NCBI GenBank assembly: GCA_010015585.1
Contig: ML975158.1
Origin: Eremomyces bilateralis CBS 781.70
Taxonomy: Eukaryota
Length of the DNA: 64,000 nucleotides
Strand: one strand, 5' to 3'
The position numbers and the translations under genes are program-made. The notes under the pieces are model-generated. The model saw nothing but the letters and a program-made list of their open reading frames with translations. It did not search any database and had not been told where the DNA came from. Of this stretch, positions 56,160 to 64,000 are shown in pieces (position 1 is the first letter of the stretch; the number at the start of each line of letters is the position of its first letter).

Positions 56160-57518
56160 ATGACGTCCTTAACTTCCACCTCGTCCGGCAATCTCGGCCT
56201 ACCCGCCAATTCATACATCTACTCCATCACCCCATTGACCGCCCAGGTGGGATTCAAGAGCTATGCTCCTGTCTTGGGACCTGGTCGTATGGCTGCCCTA
56301 TGTTCCGACGACTCCGTCCGATTTTTCGATCCGGAGCGGTGTTCAGCGGGGCAATCATCATCCGGGTCAACAGCTCTGCATAATGTCAATTCAAGCGTGA
56401 CGGCTCTCTGCCGATGGGCAGCGGACGGCGAAGAGTGTAAGAACATTTTCACCACCGGTAGAGATGGGTTGGTAAGGCTTTGGGATCTGCGGAGCGGCAA
56501 GAAGAGCATGGAGTTGTCGAGCCCGAAGAGCGTACCGATGTCGGCGCTGGGAGCGAGCTATGCAGGCAATTGTATCGCGGCGGGAATGGAGTTGGAGAAG
56601 AATGGACCAGCAGAAACGCTCTTGTTTCTATGGTGAGAGAATGGCAATGGTTTCAAAGATATGAAGGCCTAATGCTCCCTACAGGGATCCTAGAAAACCA
56701 GGCAGTCCCTCAGTCACATTTGAGGAAAGTCATACAGACACAATAACAGAGGCATGGGCAATTCCTCACAAGGACATTGGAGCACGGAAATCTAACATCA
56801 AGCCTAGATCCAATTTCATCCAGAGAAACGGCATTTAATGCTCACCGGTTCTACAGACAGCCTTATCAATATCTTCGATATCCGGCAAACGGAGGAAGAC
56901 GACGCATTGATTCAAGTGATCAATCACCGCTCTGCCATCCACCACTGTGGCTTCCTGTCCGATGACAATATCTATGGCCTGGGAACGGACGAGACTCTAT
57001 CTTTCTACACTCTGTCGGACCCCGATTCCGATCAACCCGATCCGAACCCCGCACAGCTAGGAGATGTCCGAGAGTCGCTGGAGTGTGACTACGTAGTCGA
57101 TGTGGTCCGAGCAGGCGGCGACTGGATGCTCGTTGCCGGCAGCTTCACGGAGAAGCGAGTCGACCTGGTACCTCTTCGCGCTCCCAATTCCAAAGGCTCT
57201 CTATCATGGACGCCGGATACCGGTTCACGAGTACGCATATCCGGAGCGCATGGCGAAGAGCTCGTGCGAGACGTGTACGCGGAGGTGGCCGATGCAAACG
57301 TAAGGCCGATCTATTTGATATATCCTTATCCGCCGTGAATTAACGTGGATTGCTAGAACCCTATCGTCATCACCTGTGGGGAGGATGGTTTTGTGCGGAG
57401 CTGGAAGTCAGGTTTGGAGAGACAAGGGCGTGATTCGGTGGGGAAGAGCTCCGTTCAGAAAAGCAAATCGGGCAAATCGAGCGGCAAGGGGGAGAAGGCA
57501 AGATTCAAACCGTATTGA
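56160..57518 (+). CDS. WD40-repeat protein, WDR89/YNL035C-like
   Basis: Four exons: SDDSVRFFD, GRDGLVRLWDLR, ESHTDTITE|IQFHP, LTGSTDSLINIFD, GAHGEELVR, TCGEDGFVRSW. C-terminal RFKPY is PY-NLS-like. Confidence 0.88.
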
Positions 57519-58577
57519 GATTTGAGGGGCTAGATGGAAGGCTAGAGGGACAATTCATGCCATCCTACGGCCGTACTGCACGTAGTATGAGTCACGACGC
57601 AGTCAACTCTGTAATACATAGTCTGTAAGTTATGAAGAATGTCAGGTGTGGTGTGGCCTGGTCCTGATCAGCTCACGGTAGCAAACCGTGCACTGAAGCG
57701 GTTATACAGAATACTACCTACTTGGTTACCGTCATATGAAAGAGTGAGCTGTGACTTGTGAGAACGCATCTGCGAACCAGGTCACTCGCGGGAATATGGA
57801 ATATTAGAAGCATAAATGCCCGAAGGCTCGATGGTGGCTTGACGCATATCCGATGTGCCAAGACTTTGCCAAGCCCACTATGACCAGGGGCTGTGCCTAC
57901 AATGGGTGGGGCGGGACGCATCATCGCCTTTTGCTGAGCCCTCTCAATTCCCCTCCCAATCTTGAATCCCCCACCCGATCCCTCCTCTACCGCGATTCTC
58001 CCATTGCTTTGAATATTTATGACGGATATTTTGGGTTTCTTGCCCTTCTATGAAGGAACTATTTGAATATTTTGCCATTGTTGCCGTAAATCAAGGCTTT
58101 TAGTCAAGAATTTATAGAGTCGTCCATGGTTAGAAACGGTCCCTTATTAGCTTTTACAGCCTACTGCAAGATCGCAAGAGCCTTCTGTATCACGCGAGCA
58201 GATTCCATTGGCACTTGCTTGGACGCGATACAGGACTGAACATATAAGAACTGAACTACTGGCAACCAAACAAGTTCCTCATGTCGTCGTCCTTGCGGCC
58301 TGAAACCCTCATCGCGCCGAGAGAAAAAGGCTGACTGGTCTTCCACAAACGTCAACATTGCTTTGACGAACCGTTAACCACTTTTCCAATCTGCCGTATG
58401 ACTCCTGTCTCTTCTTAAAGGGCTGATTTGCTACTGTTGCTCCTTTATTATCTGTTCAGAACACACCGGTCGTTTAATATACCAGCAACGAAGAACCCAT
58501 CGCAGGATCTTAGCACACGAGCGTACCACTATCGTACACATCCCTCATTTCTCTCGCCTCTCCACACACCCATCACC

Positions 58578-60689
58578 ATGTCCCTCGAAAATGCACTGGA
58601 TGAGGAGCGTCTCGAGATCCTCGCGCTCCTCGAGGGTCGCCCGACTAACTCTGCACCTCCGACAAATCGTGAGAGAGCGTCCAGTCCGTCCGTCACCAAA
58701 TCGCCAGTACGGAGCATGCTCGACATAGGCCCTCCTCCTCCCCAGCCGCGAAGCATGCTGGATGTCGGACCAGCGCCTTCCACGGTCCCTCGACATACTT
58801 CGATCGCCGGCCAAGCAGCGGGCGTTTCACGTATCACCCAATCTCCAGCTCGAAGTCCTCCGCAATCACCTCCACACCAGCGTCGCATACATTCGTCCCT
58901 GGCAGGCTCGGCTGTCAACCCAGAGGAGGCATACAAATTCGAAATGCTTCCGTCCATTGAAGCACACGCGTTGCCGAAACGCGTGACTCAGGGTGGAAAG
59001 AAGGCCAAAGGGGCAATGTCGAGCGTGTTTGGATCTGGAGACAGCTCCTCAAGAGCCGGATCACGGTCTGGACCGCTCACGGGCCATAAAAAGTCAAAGT
59101 CTCCGGGTACGCGGTCTCAGTCACCTGCGAATCGTAATCTACATCTGATGCCGGATCCTGGAAAATATTATTCCGAATCTGGAAAAGCGATTGACATGTC
59201 GAGTGCGTACCGTCGACTTTCGGACGCCGCACTCTTGCGCCATGGAGGAACTTTCGCCAGTCTGCCTCACCGGAAAGGTTCCGACCCCGAAACGGGGGAA
59301 TTTATAGGCGCTGATGGCCACGTTCGATTAGAGATGGACTACGACCCTGACGAGAAAGACGAGGAAGCCCTGGAAATTTCCGACGATAGTTCAGATGAAG
59401 ATGTCGCCGGCAAGAAACGTGGTCGACGTCGTACGCGGGAGGGAAGCACTGGAAGTGTTGGTGGACTTGAGGCCAAGGCCAGGACTCTGAACATTGATGG
59501 CGGGAAACGACCGCCGACGTCTCTCATGGGCGCGGCGGAAGAGGAACGGAAAGAGACCGCCTACAAGTACCGGTCCCTCCTTGACGACCCATCCATATCC
59601 ATCACGGAACCCGAAGACTCCCTCGAATACATCACACAGGCCAATAAACGTCCGGGTGTTCATCCTGCCACCAACTTTGATGCGCATTCAGCCCTTTCTA
59701 CACCCATGACCTCCGACGATGAGGGCGATTTGGATGACATCCGAAGAGCACAAAAACTAGAACTCACGGCATCCCAGGTGAAGAGCACGCCTGAAAACCA
59801 GCGATGTGTTCGCGAGATCATCAGGGGCGAATACATCACCCTTCAGGAAGAAGCACAACAAGGACTTCGGCGCCAAAGGGTTTACTTGGTTGCTACAGAC
59901 TTGAGCGACGAAGCCGAGTACGCGCTGGAATGGACCATCGGCACTGTTCTCCGCGATGGAGACACCCTTCTCGCAGTCTACGCCATGGACGAAGAGGCGA
60001 TCGGCGCGACCACCGATGCTTCCCACGAAAAGACAGAAGGCAACGGCTCAAGTGACCCAACCAGCCTCCTTAGGACCCTCAGTAACGATGCGGCCGGACC
60101 CACGGGGCTCATTCATGGAACCCATCCCCTTACTGCCGCGAACCTATCTCCTCTCGCCACCGTAACGAACGCCGATGGCACAAAGAGTCGGAGTCCGGGC
60201 AACCGTGCCCGCTCCGTCTCCCCCATCTCGAATCCTGGCTTTGCAGCGATGGACAAAGCGGAGCGGGAGCGCTGGCATGCGGTGATGGAAGTGAGCGACC
60301 GGTGCATCAAGCTCATACGGGGGACGAGGCTCCAGGCTCGCATCTTGGTGGAGGTGTTCCATTGCAAGAATCCGAAGCACATGATCACCGAAGTCATCGA
60401 CTATCTAGAGCCGACGTTGGTGGTTCTGGGCAGCAGAGGAAGGAGTGCATTGAAAGGGTATGATTCGAGATACTGACACTGTTGTTCGACCACGTCAAAA
60501 TCTAACGGTTATCCAATTAGCGTTCTTCTAGGGTCCTTTTCCAACTACCTCGTTACGAAGTCCTCGGTCCCGGTCATGGTCGCCCGCAAGAAACTTCGAA
60601 AACACCCCAAATACAAACGCACGAACACGCGTTTCAGCAACGTGCTGTCAAGTCCGTCCGGGAAACTGGCGAGTGCCAAGATAGACTAG
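58578..60689 (+). CDS. Universal stress protein (Usp) domain protein
   Basis: MSLENALDEER; YLVATDLSDEAEYALEWTIGTVLRDGD; VVLGSRGRSALKG|VLLGSFSNYLVTKSSVPVMVARK (intron 60458-60520). Confidence 0.92.
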
Positions 60690-61678
60690 CATATCACACA
60701 TCACACCATACTTCTCTACACACACAAATACATACACCCCTCTCTCCCCACATAGCGGATACTGCTTCACATTCTGCACTGACACACGGTACGAATAGTC
60801 GAGTCTGTACAGTTATGTTAACATGATTCGCATCCACAGATCACAACCAGCGGTGATCAATCGCTCTTCTCGGTGCAAGCCACGCCAAGGGAACGCGTGT
60901 TGGAGGCGGGCAAGTTGACCTGGATCAAGCATGGGGAGCGATGGTTGAAGAGCTGTAGCGAGCAGTTGCAGGGTCTTACACTGGGGAGACGGCGAAGCAC
61001 CTCGGATTTGTAAGGGAGGGGAACCCGGTTGCGGATGAGCTGGGCATGGGATATGGTTTTGGGGAATATCATTGCTTCGGTTCTCTCAGAGGGGCTGTAT
61101 GGTGCTTCGGGAAGCATATTCTGCGGATTGTGGTTCCGCTCATGAATGCAAGATATCAAATTTTTATTTCGTGACAGCCGTGATCGGTGTTTGGCGAGCT
61201 CGGTATATTTGACGACGACTTGGTGAATTCTGAGTTTCTCCTTACCTAGGTACGTCCTGGGATGAAATGACCACTGGTGGCTTGAAACCGTCCCTGTTTC
61301 GGGCTTGAATTGGTCATTTACAGGGGTTTTATGAACTCAGACAAACCGAAGAAAAAATTCGTCAACATCGAGACAGTACGGCAATCGTTAATTCAACCGA
61401 AATGACGAATATATTATTCCTATGGAGATCAACTAGGCCATATGGGCAGCATTGTTGGCCGTTCGAAAATGATTCCGTGGCCAGCAGATCTATTGTACAA
61501 AAAATTAAAGGAATCCCACGAACTCCACCTTGACGCTGGATACTCTATGATACGGACTGGAAAGCAGTTCTCCACGCGATGCTGAATCCCCGTTGTCCTG
61601 CAATGACCAAAATGTAAATGCTGGCCCAAAACTTCAAAAAGTATCCACCAATGCAAATAATGAAATACTGTACCACGG

Positions 61679-64000
61679 TCATTCCATGGTACGGACGTCA
61701 CTCAATCGACTAGGAGTGAACTTCGCTGAAGAGCCCGGACTTATCCTGTTCAACTTCGCTTCTCGAACCCTTAGTCTCTCCGGTAACTTCAAAGATGACT
61801 CCCGTTTTGGAGCCGACAATCGTTGCGGACCACCGCGAGCATGGTGGGCAGCGACTGGACCCTCATCATCGCTGACACTATTCGAAGGGCTCCTCTTCCT
61901 CGGTGGACTGACCAGAGACGAGCCCTGTTTCGTATCGCTCGCAAAGCTTACACGACTGCTTGTCGCTGCCTTGCGGGGAACAGGCGGCAACACCTCGACG
62001 GGCGTGGTGGTCCCCGAGTCGAACGGAGTCGAGCTAGGTCTAGCACTAGACTTGGGGCTTCCATGACCAGGCTGATGGAGAGAATTGCGACTGCTCTGGC
62101 GACTGCTCTGGACGTTCAGTTCGCTGTAGATGCTGGTGAAGGAGGTGGCGCCGGATGCACGGTCGCGGCCGCGAAGCCATGGTGTCTTCGGATGAGCCAT
62201 TTTTTCTAGCTGCTTATCGCTCTTCTGCTCCATTGTGGCGGACACTGCAGGTAGGATCTCAAGGTCCAAGGCTTCCCAGCGGGCTTTGCCAATCCAGAGC
62301 ATCTGCTCGTGTTCGCGGAGATAGCGCGCCCCACTGAAGGATTTCTGGACGATGGTGCGTGCTTTCATGCCGAGGGCACGACGGTGGTCGCTCTTGTCAT
62401 ACATGCGCTGAGTGATTCGCTTAACGTCCTCAGGGGTTGGTTCAAAGGGTAGGGCGGGGGCAGGTTCATTCGGGTTGTCATCGGCGAACTTGGACCACTC
62501 TCCAAGCATGGCGAGGATGTTGACTTGTGCCCGAGCAAGTGAGTAGGGGTCGTTGGGGGCGACAACCTCGCTATATCGCTCGCCTGTGTCTGGGTCCGTC
62601 AAGACTCGCAACGATGCACCGACATCTGTTGCGACAACAGGTGCACCGGTTAAAGCCGCTTCTCCGAGTGCCAAGGGAAGACCTTCAGACACTGAAGAGT
62701 TGAGGAATAGCCACGTGGTTGCCAGCACCTTTGTGGGGTCCGCTGTTCCCCGCAGAGTGACTTGAGGTGCAAGTCCCTTGGTCGCGATCAACTCCTGGCA
62801 TTCGGATGAATAGATGGGGGCTTTGTTCAAAGCGCCGTATATGTCAAGAACATAGTCATCGAAACCCCACTTGTTGATGATGATGTCGGCGGCCAGAAGC
62901 GCGGTCTTGATATCTTTCGCAAGCCAAAGATGGCTTAGCATGGTTACCGTCGGTTTCTTGGTCGTGATCTCGGTGACCGGAGCAAACTTGTGCATGTCTG
63001 TGATCCCATTGACGACTGGGTCGATCTTGCGACGGAACTTGTTCCGATGTTCGATTCCACCTTGAGATGTTCCAATTTCAATTTCCCAGCCAGGATTGAA
63101 AGTGTCCGTGCAAGGTAAGATAACATCCGCGTGATGAAGGATGAGCATGGACGTAAGACGCATGAGACCAAGGAGAGAATTGCGAATGAATGGTGGTAGA
63201 GTGCAAAGAGCGGAAGACTGTGTAAAGTTAGAAGCACATCTTATGGATGGGCCGGAAAATCGCTCTTACCAAGTAGAGGTTTGTCTCCCGCCAGCTAATA
63301 GCATGGTCCCAAATTTGGAGAGTACAGTTACGCTTAATTTTACAAACAATCCCGTAAGACGCCGAAACACTATGATGCGATGCTTGGAAAATGGCCGGTA
63401 TCCGCTCCGGGATAGGTATCGAGAAAATGAAAAGATCTAAGGCACGGTTAGCACTTGACAGTAGCAGAAAAGTTTGCTCGGCTTACAACGGAACCATAAA
63501 TCCAAAGCCGAATCAAAATGACCGATCGTGGGGTATTCGGTGTCAAACCACTCTGATGGCGGTTTCGCGTTCGGGATGCTCTCGAGCCAGAGGTTGCGCC
63601 AGGCGTCTTTCACAATATCGCTTGTCCACACTTCCTTCCAGTGCCTGGAGTCCTGGAAGTAGGTATTGAGGTTTACCAAAGCCCGAGTCGCTTGTTTGAC
63701 ATGCGCTGGGGTGATCCGGACGGCTCTGGCACCTCTCACAAGAGCCGTCAATGTTGGAACGAAATTGCGCTTGATATCATCTCTGGTGGACTCAATTGTA
63801 AGCTGGTCAACTTCGCTGTCCAACTTGTTGAAGAACATTCCGTGAATAGGAGCCATAAAATCGAGACCCCACAAGGGAATGACCTTCAAAGACTCCACGT
63901 TTTCTTCAGTCTGGTGCTTCGGGAGACCGAAATCGTTGGCGGATTCCACAACCATATGCCATCGAATGGATTTAAGGTTGTTGATGAGGTCTCTTCGGCA
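61679..64000 (-). CDS. gtb3: Large GT4 (PelF-like) glycosyltransferase, Gtb3-like; 5' part outside the window
   Basis: RKIDPVVNGI, KDIKTA and NSSVSEGLPLALGEAALTGAPVVATDVG (GT-B EX7E motif). Several introns at ~63.1-63.5 kb; the ORF is open at the window edge. The gene symbol is an inference from family resemblance. Confidence 0.75.

Noticed and set aside
1..64000. tRNA, rRNA and snoRNA genes
   Set aside because: GTTCGA-like and box C/D-like words were seen, but none with supporting cloverleaf or terminal stems; a tRNAscan-SE/Infernal run would be needed to exclude them.

Overview
Eukaryotic, intron-rich fungal DNA. It looks like a filamentous ascomycete (Pezizomycotina), judged from short GT..CTAAC..AG introns, RIP-type lesions and the gene families present. 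About 18 apparently intact genes were found: MCR1, complex I subunit NDUFB8, SWR1, CDC1-like phosphoesterase, ZFYVE19-like B-box protein, TVP23, CitE-like lyase, D-2-hydroxyacid dehydrogenase, GprM-type GPCR, Dsf2/Nif1-like Sel1 protein, DUF1776, alpha-arrestin, a PARP-like ART-E2 fusion, COG7-like, DUF3405, SDH3, WDR89-like and a Usp protein. A large GT4 glycosyltransferase (Gtb3-like) runs off the right edge. Four accessory pieces lie between the genes: (i) a RIP-like degraded element at the left edge; (ii) a ~4 kb island (9.2-13.4 kb) with an intronless, multiply disrupted, bacterial-looking two-module gene abutting the spliced 3' stump of a Rad5/16-type SNF2 helicase; (iii) an 882-bp non-autonomous pogo/Fot1 element with 60-bp TIRs and TA target duplication; (iv) a HET-domain pseudogene. 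The most interesting items are the bacterial-looking fusion pseudogene, the ART-E2 fusion, an identical CACGTG-N6-CACGTG pair upstream of two respiratory-chain genes, and recurring C-rich-to-G-rich skew-flip patches. All family assignments come from motif recognition by eye; no database searches were run.
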